From assembly GCA_973895155.1 (NCBI GenBank), contig OZ316892.1, positions 24,127,971-24,191,970 on the forward strand: DNA of 64,000 nt, read 5' to 3'. How positions within the stretch are numbered: position 1 is the stretch's first letter; the number at the start of each line of letters is the position of its first letter. A model generated the notes under the pieces. The model made no database searches, was not told the DNA's origin, and worked only from the letters and a program-made list of their open reading frames with translations. Shown piece after piece: positions 26,524 to 38,949 of this stretch. Source of the stretch: Marsupella aquatica. Its lineage: Eukaryota; Plantae; Marchantiophyta. Made by a program: the position numbers and the translations under genes.

Positions 26524-29397
26524 CTACTCTCCCTCATAACCTACTAAGACAAAAACCGGTTTGTCCCCCAGTTTGTCTCGTCCCTGCAAAGGATTTAAAC
26601 AAACACTAGAGTAAGTTCGAGTAGCCTTTAGAGTAAAGTCGTATCAAGTTTTGGTAAGGGCAATTGGACAATATAAGAAGAAGAAAGTAACGTATTGGAT
26701 TTCAAGTTTAGAGTGACTGCAAAAATCAAGGCTGCAGATTTTGTTGCTGATTAACAAATCCCCCACCCCCCAAAGCTTCTTTTCCCTCCATGGAATTGGT
26801 GAAGGGGTCAACTAAACGACTTCAATTCTAGATAACCTAGCTTAAGCTGAATGTAGGTTTTCAAGATAGTCTTCTGGACCACTTGAATGCTTGAAAGTAG
26901 AGAGCTAATTGGAGATGAGCAAACCTTAAGGTCAGACAGCTCAATCACACAAGCGCATTCGACAACCTCTGCCCCAACTCGCTCTGCATTCAGAATTGGG
27001 ATCATTAGAAAGCTGAACAGATAGTGATTCAGCATAATGGAACGGCAACCGAGCACCTAGTTGCATCGAAAAGGCTCTTTTCTCAGACAGGCCCCTACCT
27101 AGTAATTTGATTCCTGCTGCAAGGGTACCACCAGTTGCAATGAGATCGTCAACAAGTAAGCATTTTTCCCCAGGCAAGACTGCCCCCACATGCATCTCAA
27201 TACAATCTGTTCCATACTCGAGCGCATACTCCTGCCTAACCACTTCACCTGTATGCAAAATCCAACCGAGCTCGTGAGTGAATTGCAAAAGGTGCTAACG
27301 CTTGGCAGTAGTTATGTGGCTCTACCAACTTCTACAAAAAGATAGAGCAACCTCCACTACTCATTATGCAGTCCTCTTGTCAACCCCCGGTGCCAGACCA
27401 ATCAAGCACGCCATTTGACACTACTACAAATCATTTAAAGCAACTGAACAAGGTGGATTCAAGGATTTATCATCTGCACGTGTCTAGACAACCAAACGCC
27501 TCAATAGGTACATAATTGGGCAGACAAATGCAACTGGTACGGATTCCTGCAGACAGTATCTCCAAACAACTCCACTACAGCTGGATGGCAAAAAGTAAAT
27601 AAGCACTGCGTTTGGATAAATCATTTCTACAGAGCGCTACTTCAAATACAGCAAAAACCAAAGTTGACAATCAGGTCCAACCTGGCAACTTCTTGGGCTT
27701 CCTTTGTGGTACAAATTTCGCACCAATGGCAAGTGCAATAGGTGGCCCAAAAATGAAGCCCCTTGCTTCAATACCTGCACCAACAAGGCAGGACAGTCAA
27801 TTGACAATTTATACCTCCAAAACCTGGATAATTCTGTGACTCAATCCTAGACCCAGTGAAAAAGTGACAACCATGTTCCATGGTTCACCGAGCCATGCAG
27901 AAAAGACGACGACGAGACATCCAGCTTTGAGTTTTGATCACTGAGTGCGTCCGTTGAACTTACACATCATTGTCCTAGCCTAACCACGTACACAATTGAC
28001 CAGACTATACAGCTTCCCTTGCAGTTCAAAGAATCAGGATTGAAACCGTACCTACGACAACATCAATGTTCTTATTCTTGTACCTCTCGACAAATATGTC
28101 GATTGTGTCCTGGAAAGCTTTGTGATCAAGGAGGAGTGTTGTCACATCACGGAAGAGGATACCTGCTTAGCAAGGGACGGGAGTGTAAGCAAATGTGCGA
28201 TGAACATTAATTTCTTCATCACCGAACGATTTCAGCATCAACCAAACAGGACAAAAGCACTACACCCTAATCTTTGGAAACAGGTGTACAGATTCGGAAC
28301 AAGATGGTCCATGGAGCCTTTGGGTAGCACAAGACAAGAAAGCTGAATTGAAAACTAATGAGGGTAACTGCCGCGAGAGATGAATTGAATGCCCACTGAG
28401 ACCGAATCGGGCGACCGCAGTTTACACAGAAGCCGGCAATGCAGGTCAGCACAATCAGGACACAAGCTAGAAGAGAGATCAAAGTCCCTGATCTCAAGTC
28501 GATGCTATACTGACCTGCTGATTTCTGATCTGAACGTAATGGACTTAGCAAACTGATTGCTGTATTCCTCCGAATATGTGGTTCAATTTCAGTCTACCGC
28601 TACCCCAAGGCATGGAATTGCAGCCTGAGTGACAACCTAATCACGAGATCGGAGGAACAATTGGAGCACTGCGTGGATTAAGAAATAACCAGCTAACAAA
28701 TTCCTCTCGCGAATGCAAAACAAAGATGGACAGGAAGGCAGGACAAAGGGAGAAGAAGCGGCACAGTCTTCAACGCTCCGGTGGAACATACGCAGATGCT
28801 TACCAAACTTTCTCACCACAAGCCCCACAGCACTCGAGTCCATCCAGCTCTGATAAGCTATCCCAAGAGCATGAAAATTGCCTATAACTGTTGTACAATT
28901 CTACTTTACGGTCCACCGACCCGTAAAGAGGGGGAAAGAGAGTGGTTGAGGAAGCAGAGGGTAATAAACACGCATTGAGTCCGTGAGCAGTAGCATGTGA
29001 GTACCACATGGGTGGTATGGATAGCCGGTGCTTCGGCAAGCTCCCTGGAATCCGTGAGCTAGATAAGAAGTACGGCGTGACCAGAATTGGAGCCTCTTCT
29101 CATATCTTATCGGAATTCCTATCCAGAGGAAACTTCAAATAAGAACGAGGAGGGAGGATCTGTATGTGAAGCTCACATATAAGGTCTTCTTTCGGGCAAT
29201 GCTCTCTCCCTCCTCTCCTCTCCTCTACAATTGAATTCCATTCCCTACCAGTGCTCCGCGTCTCCATAGTTCCCAATGCATTGAATTTCACGATCCATGC
29301 GCTCCATCACTCACTTACCTTTCTTGGGGAAATCTGGAATGGCTCGAATCGAAGCGGAAATGGCCGCAATGCGAGGGTCTGCGTGTGAGCTGCCCAT
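26524..29397 (-). CDS. APT: Adenine phosphoribosyltransferase, 183 aa, 6 coding exons
   Basis: Exons 29397-29319, 28162-28052, 27774-27682, 27248-27099, 26983-26925, 26583-26524 (552 nt). Motifs: [45 protein letters not shown] and the PRPP-binding [11 protein letters not shown]. Confidence 0.97.
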
Positions 29398-29821
29398 GAT
29401 TCCAGAACTTCTGCTGATGCTCCTGCTGCTGCTCTGGCTGCAATTCCCTGCTCAGAATTCTCTCCAGGACACGAGTCTTTCAGGAAGATGAGGTCATTCT
29501 GATTCACTCCTCACCCCACCTTCTGATTTCGAGTCGGCCTGCCAAGTCTCAACTGGCTGGGAACAAGCTGCCACTGGAGGCTGGAGATCAAGCTTTGGTG
29601 ACATCCAACCCCTTTCCTTCCATTGCAGATGCCGTCCTTCAGGTGGGTGCCCTTGTCGTCTGGTGGAGTGGTCGGTTTATAATGAGTGCTTTGTCTGAAG
29701 GTCAGTTTCTCTTGCACTCTGCCCCAACATGAAAGCTTTGGTGAACTGGACTACAGAAGGCCCTCCCCTCTCTCTCTTCACTCTAGACTAGCTTGAATGC
29801 CTGAGCTTTGCTCCCAAAGAG

Positions 29822-30140
29822 GTGATGGTGAGTACCATTGTGCCTGTTTCACTAAATAGATGGTGATTTGTAATTGTAGGTAAAGGGATGGTGAGTACCA
29901 TTGTGCCCTTTTTCAGTTCCACCTGGAAAGGTAGCTGTGCCCTTATTGTCATGGTGGTGGTGTCAGTTTACTTGGTGAGTAGATGGTGATTTGTAATTGT
30001 GGGTAAAGGGATGGTGAGTACCATTGTGCGCGTGTCCAGTTCCACCCTGAAAGGTAGCTGTGCCCCTATTGTCATGGTGGTGGTTCAGTTTACTTGGTGA
30101 GTACTTGTGTCGGGTTCCAGTTCCCACCCGGAAACTGTAG
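29822..30140. repeat. Tandem duplication (~123 bp x2 plus partial copies) upstream of APT
   Basis: agatggtgatttgtaattgt..gtaaagggatggtgagtaccattgtgc...cagtttacttggtgagt at 29858-29980 and 29981-30102. gatggtgagtaccattgtgc occurs 3 times. Confidence 0.88.
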
Positions 30141-30980
30141 TTGTACCCCCAGAGTCATGATATAGAGGCTTCACTCTAGGCCATAGGCCCTCATCCTCCA
30201 TTTGGATTGCGACCATGTAGATAGATTTTGCTGTTATTGTGGACAGTGGATATTTTACTGGGAAGGATTAACAATGAAGAGGCATCTGGGGGAAAGGGTG
30301 GAGATCCAACTGGTAGATTGCAGAAGATCTAGTGATATCTTTGGAATTGGAATTTGGGGCAGTCTAGCAGTTGTGTTTCTGGCCGTAAGAACTGGAGGTT
30401 TATGCGGAGGTCAAATTGGACAGCCCTAGACACTCTCTCAAAAACAACTAAGAACATAGTTTTGCTGTTGTTGGGGACTCTCAGGCTTTTTGGCTCTTTT
30501 GTCTTCCCCGGTTTTCTTTTGTTTTGGACCCTTTATTGGGTCTCCTGTCTCTCAGTTTGGCATTTTTTGCCTTTTGGCACAGGAGAACAACAGAGAAGGG
30601 ACGGTGAGGAAGATGTAGTGAAATTTTAGGGATTTTTCGTTTGAGAAAGGAGAATAGAGAATAGGCGAGACCGGATCAGCAATGAGTGCTCTAATCTGTG
30701 TGGAAGGAAGCAATTACAACCCCTCCCCCTCCCCCCCCCCCCCCCCCGGGGTTCATTTTGGGTTCCTGCTGCTTGAATAATGTTTAAACCAGGTGTGTGA
30801 CCAAAGAGTACAGGAAGACTGAATGAATGGTTCCACCCATATTGTTCCCAATCATGGTAAACCCTCCTTGTGAGTTGTCATTGAAGGTTATGGGCCATGA
30901 CGTCCTAGCCAGCCTGGCCCCAAGATTCTGTGATGTAAATCTCTGTGTTACTGGTGCGGATCAAAGTTGCGGGTCCTCCC

Positions 30981-31425
30981 AAACATAGTTTTTCTCAAGG
31001 AGAGTTTATGCTCTGTAGCCCCGGGTTGTTCAGGGGTTATGGACTGTAATCCCCTCAGGCTTTCCGCCCTCAGGAACTTAAACCCCATAGCCCTCCCACC
31101 CATGGGTTACCCTACACTTTGACCCCATAGTTTCCCAAAATAGACCCATCTCAGCAACCTTGCCAGTGGATATTTAATTCTCTGAGCTATTGCCATGAAT
31201 CAATGTTGCGACTTCTCCCAACTAAGCATAGTTTTTCAAAGACTCACACGAAAGGCTTGTGCTCGGTAACCCAAGGTTGTTCAGGGGTTATGGACTGTAA
31301 CCCCCTCAGACTCTCCACCCTAGGGGATTACACCCCATGACCCCTCCAGCCCATGGGTTACCCTACATTTTTATCTATATTTTCCCCAAAAAGACCCACC
31401 CCTCAGCACCCTACCCTTGGATATG
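30981..31425. repeat. Diverged direct duplication (~200 bp x2)
   Basis: ggttgttcaggggttatggactgtaa.cccctcag...cccatgggttaccctaca...agaccca..ctcagca occurs at ~31024 and ~31275. Confidence 0.8.
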
Positions 31426-31521
31426 CTTGAGGGAGGGAGGGCCCCACGCAACAACTACAGGACAAAAACAAAGAGACTTCCTTCAGTCAATATACAGCAT
31501 GGCATTCCAACTTTGGGGATC

Positions 31522-31601
31522 TTGGGCCACAAGTACTCTTCATGAAGGCAAGATCTTTGCCTCCATGTATCTTGCCTTCATGAAGAGTAGTTGTGGGCCA
31601 A
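31522..31601. repeat. Inverted repeat/hairpin: 33-bp arms, 2 mismatches, 14-nt loop
   Basis: ttgggccacaagtactcttcatgaaggcaagat (31522-31554) pairs with atcttgccttcatgaagagtagttgtgggccaa (31569-31601). Confidence 0.9.
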
Positions 31602-32389
31602 CCAATACCTCGAGAACGGTCATCTTACTGGCACCATTGTGAGAAAGTTAGAGTAAGCATTTACTTGTTAATCTTGTTTGATTCTCCCATGCATATCTCA
31701 TGCTAAACTGTTTTAAAAGCAGGCTTACTTTTGCTCTATCTTGATTTTTGCCACCAACTCCAGCTAGTTATCTTCATATGACTTACACTCTTAGTTAGGC
31801 CCAAGGTTTCCATCTGTAATATTGCTTCTCTATTGTGTATGTTTCTCATCTCTTGTAACAACTCAGTTTATAAAATACAGTCAAACTTTGTGCAATAGGG
31901 TAAACAAATGGTGTATTGCATTCCATTGATCACAATAGATTGTGGCCCCCACACTCGTCGGTTAGTGCAATTTTTGAGCTCGCATTTTACCAAATGATAC
32001 TCAAATGGACCACTCTTATGAACCTGGCAACCCAGATGGATCAGGTCACTTGTGACCTACAAAATGTGGATTTTCTTACAAAAGAAAAGTTTTATTTGAA
32101 TTCTGTTTTTTAAATTGTGGTCCATCCAGGCATCAAATAGGTACATGGGGCCTTCAGCTTTTACGTCTACCTTTTTCTATTTTCCCTCAAACAATTCAAT
32201 GTTTTTACCACTTTCTACCTCTGTCTCGCTTGCTTGGCTGCCTTGCAATTCTGCTTGGACAAACTGAGTGGGTGATTTTATATGGTGTTGGGGGCTTATT
32301 GCTTCTTTCTATTCCTTCTGCGATTAGATCTGGACTGTATAGGGAGTATAATTGGGGCCCATTCCGGTACTTGTCTACCAATTCTACAT

Positions 32390-33395
32390 GGCAACAATGG
32401 GCCCAAGAAAATATCAATGCAGAGTGCTTATGTTGTCTGGAATTTTAGAACCCCTCTACCATATATCCAAACTTTGACACCTTAGTTCAAAGGATCCACA
32501 TTTATTGAACTTCATTTCAAAAGATTTAGGGCAAGCAATGGGCCCAAGAAAATATGAATGTGGAGTGCTTATGTTGTCTAGAAGTTTAGAACCCCTCTAC
32601 CATATATCCAAACTTTGACACCTTAGTTCAAAGGATCCACATTTATCTAACTTCATTTCAAAAGATTTATGGCAAGCAATGAGTTGGATGCCTGAATCAG
32701 CAGCCAAACGACGTATGGGCAGGATCATTTTGCCAGTAAAGTTTGAAAAGTTATTGAGACTAGATTGTGATCGATTAGGCCTCAGCGATAACATTAAGGT
32801 TAATAAGTTAACTAAATATCAATTTGACCAATCGGCCAGCGAAATAATCGCGGTCGTAAGCCCAAAAATCCGATTAAATCGCGAAAATAAAAACCAGACT
32901 CCGTCCCTAACCTGGCCCAAGAAAATATGAATGTGGAGTGCTTATGTTGTCTAGAAGTTTAGAACACGTCTATGTCCGGCCTTTGGCATCTTCATATAAT
33001 GGATCCACATTTATTGAACTTCATTTCAAAAACTTGGGACTGCTTATGTTGTCTAGAATTGCATACCACCTCTCTTTCCAGACTTTAGCACCTTCATTTA
33101 ATGTATCCACACTTATTGAACTCCATCTCAAAAAATTATGATTTATGGCAAGCATCGGGCTCAAGAAAATGCTAGTGTGTAGTGCTTATTTTGTATAGAA
33201 TTCTAGAACCTCTACAGCATTTCCAAACTTTGGCACCTTCGATCAATGGGCCCAAGAAAATGCTATGGTGGAGTGCTTATGTTGTCTAGTTTTAGATCAC
33301 CTCGACCCTTAAGATCACCTCTACCCCATTTCCACACATTTGCACAGTCAATGGATTTACATTCTTATACTGAACTTCATTTCAGAAGATTTTGA
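32390..33395. repeat. Tandem array of a ~141-bp unit (~6 full or partial copies) interrupted by a 232-bp insert
   Basis: Unit ggcaagcaatgggcccaagaaaat...gagtgcttatgttgtctagaa...ggatccacatttattgaacttcatttcaaaa starts at 32390, 32530 and 32671. It resumes at 32914 and decays toward 33395. Confidence 0.9.
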
Positions 33396-33899
33396 GTTTG
33401 CAGTCCATCTCTGAGAACAAAACTGCCCTCGAATTTGCTTCGGTGAAGAAATCAAATCTGGTGGGCGATGGGTTGGAGACGTAATCGTTGTTGAGACGAG
33501 CGGAGGTCTTGCGAAGGTGTGCGCTCCTGTAGAGAGCAGCCCGAGGTCTACAGGCACGACTGTTTATGTCCATCCGTCTTCACCAATTCTCGAAAATCTG
33601 TTGCGGAACGGGAATGCGGTCGACTGTCGAGGAGAAGAGCACTTGAGAGCCACTTTGATGGAGTTTTGATCTCACTGCAAGGGCTGTGATATTTAGTGCA
33701 AATGACTGGTTGCTGATTTGAGTGATCTCGCGGAATTTCCATTTCAGGAGTTCATTACATTAGCCTCTGAATACATACAGGGTTTCTGGACTGTGATGGA
33801 GGCATGGTCTCCTTGTAATCTCAATTCATGGGTGAAAGAGTTGCTGATTCATAACGGCAGGAGGAAAGGGGAGTGAAGGAGGATCTTAGGGCCAACGAG

Positions 33900-35413
33900 A
33901 TGAGTACGAGCGGTGTGGCGAGGTTCGGAGGGTTGGGGGTGAGCACAGATGTTATACGTTGCTTCAATCGGGCTATAGACCTTGTCTCCAGCAACGCCGC
34001 TGAGAGTGAGAACGAGCTCCTAGATTTGGTGAAGAAAGCGAAGCGTGAAGCAGAAAAAGAACCACATCCGTCAAAGAAGAGTCGCTCAGGTTCTTCTCCC
34101 TGCTTCTTCTCTCTTTCTCGATGACGAAAAGAGCTTAATTCAAGTCATATTTCTCTGCCCCTTAGCTGTTCGCTGTCTGATTGTATCACAGTCGACACGG
34201 ATAGTTTCTGGGAACCAGTACATCGACCTTGATTTCTCTATCCATCCTTTCTGCCTGCTTCACTTCGTTTTTAATGTAGTCTGGCCATTACAGCTCAGTC
34301 CACAGAAATGTTTCTTGTGTCTTACGATGTGCACCAGTTTGGTAAATCCTTTCTACTGTGACTTGTGTTGACTTGTTCGCCTGGAGATTTTATTTTTAAA
34401 TGTCTTCAATTGCGCCTCAGGAGAAGGTTACTATGAATGTAACTTCTTCTTCATAGGCATGTACCATATATCCCTTGAGGATTGTTTGATGGCTTAGTAA
34501 CATGCCCACCCATGTCGTCTGTCATTTACTGTGACCCTAATCAAATCTTTCTGAGGAATTTCGCCTACAATGTCATAAATTAGGCTCTTTGACTCTCTTG
34601 ACTACAGATTTGGGGAATCAGGGTTTTCTTGTAGAATTTATCCTTCATATATCTATGTCATTGTCAATAAGACAGGGAGATTATGAAATGTTAGGATGGG
34701 TATGTTCCATTGACTGGTAGTAGATGTAATGAACTTAAGATGTGCTTGTATGATACCTGAGACCAACACCTAGTAAGAGTACAAGAAATATTCACTGTAT
34801 TGCTTCACAGTCTCTTGCTGAGGTGTTGCAAAGATACTCATGCCATTCTCTGGGTTGTGGACTGAAACTATCTCACCATCTGTCGTTTCTGGTTACAGGC
34901 AGAGTCACTGGGGAATCATCGGATCTGCAGTCGTTGCCATTGCCTTATAAAACACCTATGGTCCCTATTCCACAGGAACATGTACGCTCTCTTTGCCAGA
35001 CCAGTGTTTTCTCTTTGAATTGCTCGGTTCCATATGCATGCTTCCGGCAGTATGTTGGCTCCTGTTAAAGTGTTCCTTGGCATAATTCTAGCTCGTGAAC
35101 TTAAGGTCTCTCACAAGTCTTTGTTACTTCTAGCTTAACCCCTATCGGGCCACTGGCATGAGTGGATCCTTATCATTTATTTTATTGAATGTGGCCTTTT
35201 GAATTGTAGTTACCATTTTTGTTACTGGGTGAACAGACTAGCAGCCAGCCAGCAATATCTTGGAGTGATGCGAGCAGTGCAACCTCGTCGGTAGGGCCTA
35301 CAACAGGAGGAAATGGAAGCATGACACACGCTCAAGCACGCTTAATGAATGTTATTCGTGGTGGTCCTGGGCGTGGTCGTATTGAGAAACCCAAGCGTAA
35401 GGCCACCCGCTAA
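33900..35413 (+). CDS. Small spliced protein of unknown function (158 aa, 3 coding exons); possible PHD-less INTS12-like protein
   Basis: Exons 33900-34089, 34899-34981, 35210-35413 join in frame via GT-AG (477 nt, ends TAA). Probable 5'-UTR intron 33546-33860. Helical N-terminus, basic NLS-like stretch, Ser/Thr-rich middle, basic tail. The gene model is fairly well supported; the INTS12 identity is inference. Confidence 0.75.
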
Positions 35414-35869
35414 GAATTTGAAGGCTACACTATGTCCTATCTTGATTTAGGAGCGAAGGCTATGCAATGTGATAAAAGCTTCAGTCTCTTGCTGCTTTGT
35501 TCAAAGTGTCCAAGGTGGAGTTTTGATAGCAAGACATGGGAAAATCCCCGGAAGCTTGTAGAGATGGATATAGTGCATTTGTGAAAGATCAATTATCTTG
35601 CACTAAGTGAGGTCTGTTATATATATTGATACTGAAAAATCAGACAAGTCGAGCAACGGAGAGCTGGTTTCAATGAACTAATGTGAAGACAAGCTTTAAG
35701 ATTGACAAGATTGCTGCCAATTGAGATGTAAGAATTGCCAACCGTGAGTCGAAGTTTAACCAGTTAGATAGACTCAGGCTCAACAATATAGTGTCTTGAT
35801 ACTTTTCCTCCCAGGGGCAAGGAATGAGTGCCAAAGAGTGACCCAGGGTTTGCTGGCTAACACCAAGGA

Positions 35870-36330
35870 TCTAGAACGCCAAACAACCCTTGAACTCGTC
35901 CATAGGCACCCATTAGAATCACAAGATATATTGATATAAATATAGATACACCTCCAGATGCTTCTCACTCATGCGCTTTCGATAACGGCTTCAACCACCC
36001 TCCCACCTGAAATAAAATTGCCAAAAACTGAATCAAGCTACCTTTGCTATCAACAAGAACCTAGCAAGAACTTGTACCTAGTCACCCATTATGACATCGA
36101 CAAAGATAGATATGGATATAGATTACTCCATAGTCACCCATAAGAATCACAAGATATATTGATATGAATTTTGATACACCTCCAAACACTTCTAACTCAA
36201 GGCCCATTTAGAATAATAACCACCCTCCCACCAGAAATTAAAGTGCTAAGTGAATCAGGATACCTTTGTTATCACCAAGGATCTAGCACACAAAAGAACC
36301 CTTGGACTTGTACCTAGCCAACCTCATAAT
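35870..36330. repeat. Diverged tandem duplication (~230-bp period)
   Basis: cacccat.agaatcacaagatatattgatat...gatacacctcca...accaccctcccacc.gaaat...tacctttg.tatca...acttgtacctag at ~35902 and ~36130. Confidence 0.8.
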
Positions 36331-37162
36331 CACCTCACTGAGGTGCTCATTTCAATATGAATTTCGGCCAGCATCCTACCAGAAATCTAAAATCCTTATT
36401 CAAAAAATAGCCACATACCAAGCATAATGGTGGAGCTTGGTTGAGTTCCATATGGCTGAATCAGCTAATAGTTTGTTTCATTCTCTCCTGGATAAATGAT
36501 TTTTCTATTAATTTTCTTTAAATGTAGCACAAACCATGAAAACACATTACAAACATTAAGTTATCAATGCTTAGGACACTACAGCAAATTTATTATGTAG
36601 CCCCATGGGAAGTTCCTTCTATATTCCCTGGCATCAGGCAACCACATCCTCAAGTTTTTGTCACAATATGAATGTCTATGTTTGCAACAACAAACAGGCG
36701 TGATCGTTCCTTGACTCAAGGCCAACAACATATGAAACTCAAAAAGAATAACTGACTAACTTAAAATGCCATTGGTTTAAAGTGGGCACTGTCATTGTTA
36801 ATCATGAACATCTTATTGCATTTGTAGGCAAAAGAAATTTGATGGCATGCACCTTTTCTTGTGGCCACTGTGCCTAAGGATGGGAAAAATTAAGCATGAA
36901 AAAACACACTTTGTAAGGATAAACATAAGGATGGGTTATCTCATATAGCTCATTTTCATTACAATAAAAAAGACAGCTTATTCTTTACTTGGCCTACCAC
37001 TATGAACATGCTGAGAAAATACATAAGAGGAAATAGTCCTTGTACCCCTCCTATTCAAATCCTTAGCAAAAGAAGATAACCTATCTGTATTGATGCCTCC
37101 TTTGAAACCTAGTTTCTTGCAGGTTTAAGTCAAAACTTTCTAGAAACTTTTGGAAGTATACC

Positions 37163-37510
37163 ACACTGTCCGCCGCAACTAGTGTGAGTATCTAATTAGT
37201 GTGCCACCAACATTAGAGTGACTCACACTCAATTGTGTAAACATTTTTTGTAATCCGAATCACATTAATTAAGTATGTTAAGTCACACTATTTACTTTGT
37301 ATTAGGTAAGCTTGAGTCTCAGTTTTATGCCAGATTCTCAGTGTGCAATGTCAAGGTGAACACCTCAATTAGTGAGACCAAAAGTTTGACTTCTTGTGAT
37401 ATCTAATGAGTATGACACCTGAAATAATGTGACTCGCACTATTTTCTGTGAGACATCAAAATTAAAGGGCTACTCATTAGTGTGACTAACTCTAATTGGG
37501 TGGACAGCGT
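37163..37510. mobile_element. MITE-like element with degenerate terminal inverted repeats
   Basis: Left end acactgtccgccgcaactagtgtgagt; reverse complement of right end acgctgtccacccaattagagttagt. Internal ttagtgtgac/gtcacact motifs repeat in both orientations. TSD not clear. Confidence 0.45.
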
Positions 37511-38949
37511 AGCTGTAAGGGTGCAACCTCTATGCATATGTGTTCAAACCCTATGTCCCTTTTGTCACTGTAGTTCCCAGTCATGTATTCTTATTTAACT
37601 ATTTGACTTAGGTTAATTAACTGAGGTAAAATCTTAGAAAACCAATTGGAACTTTTAAGGGACCGGTTTGAGTCCACAGAAATTTACTTTGAAACTTTGT
37701 GTGTAGCTTTGATCAAATGAAATTTTGTAGTGCCCAATTTTTTACTCATGAGTTGTTTCGACAAGAAGATAAACAAGGGATCTCATAGGTTTGCTAGCAC
37801 TAACTCCCTCATAGTTTTTGGGCAGCATCATCAAGTCCCCTCCGTGTCAGTAAGAGGTTTGAATTATTGTTTTTTTTTCAGTTTATTATGATAGACCATT
37901 AACCTATCATACGGACTTGACAGTACTGTACTAAAAAAACATGGACCGTAAGTTCAAACTATGTTTTACGGTATTATGGTGCTGTATTCAGAGTAGTACG
38001 TTACAGTATAATAAAGGGACAGTTTTCCTGTAAAACATATTTTACTGAAGTAAAAGACTCAACAAAGAGGAAAAGAAAGCAAGTCAGAAATCAAGGACAG
38101 TAAAACCTGGACAGTAGTTACCATAACAATACCCAAATGAACGAAATTAATTGTACGTACAAGTCGTTTCTCTTATTTTGCACAGTCCATGAGTACAAAT
38201 ACTGGCTAACTGCATCCACGTTAAGTACACATGGGATGCCTCCTCCCAAGAGTGTGCACTTAGAGAGAGATTACTGTACTGTAGAATGACTGGATACCCA
38301 AGGTCTGGCTTTTCGGCGAACAAGAGTTCTTTTCATAAGGACTAATCAGAAAAAATGGAACAATCACACTGAATAGCTTGGGGTCAGAATTAGTCAAATT
38401 TTGGCCAACAAAAACCATTCAGAATACAAGGCGATTCGTGAGTTTGGAAGCCAGGCAAACTGGCAGAGGTTCAACCGTGTTTACTGGCAATTGTTTTTCA
38501 ATATACCATAATCCCCCTTTGTAAAACTTGTACTCAAGTAATTGAGCTAATAAGAATTTTGGCAACTTTTTGCCAAAAAGAAAAACCCCGGGTGAATGCT
38601 GTACGACTCTACAGTCACGCAGTTGACAAAGCCTCAAAATGACGTGGTCTAGGCTTATGACCTGGTTGTGTGTTGTGGGTGTAGCCATTTACTGTTGGTA
38701 TATTGGGTCTCCAACCTTTCAGATCGTGTTTCTTGGTTAGGCTTTTTGGTTCTTTGGCAGTGAGACATATGTTAGTATGTAGGAGTTGTAGGTATTGTGT
38801 TGTCATGGTCACAAGAAGTGACTGGAGCAAAGCAGGGGTGGAGGCAGCCATGATTAAGAACGAAGGAAGATCCCAAGCTAGGTTAATTAGTGAGGATTAG
38901 CATGTGTAGATAGGGAGACACTGCCCGCTGCCCTTGTATACCTGGCCGC

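Noticed and set aside
2091-29397. Nitrogen-salvage gene cluster (formamidase plus APT)
   Set aside because: The genes are 20 kb apart, separated by unrelated genes and a TE, with no shared pathway step.
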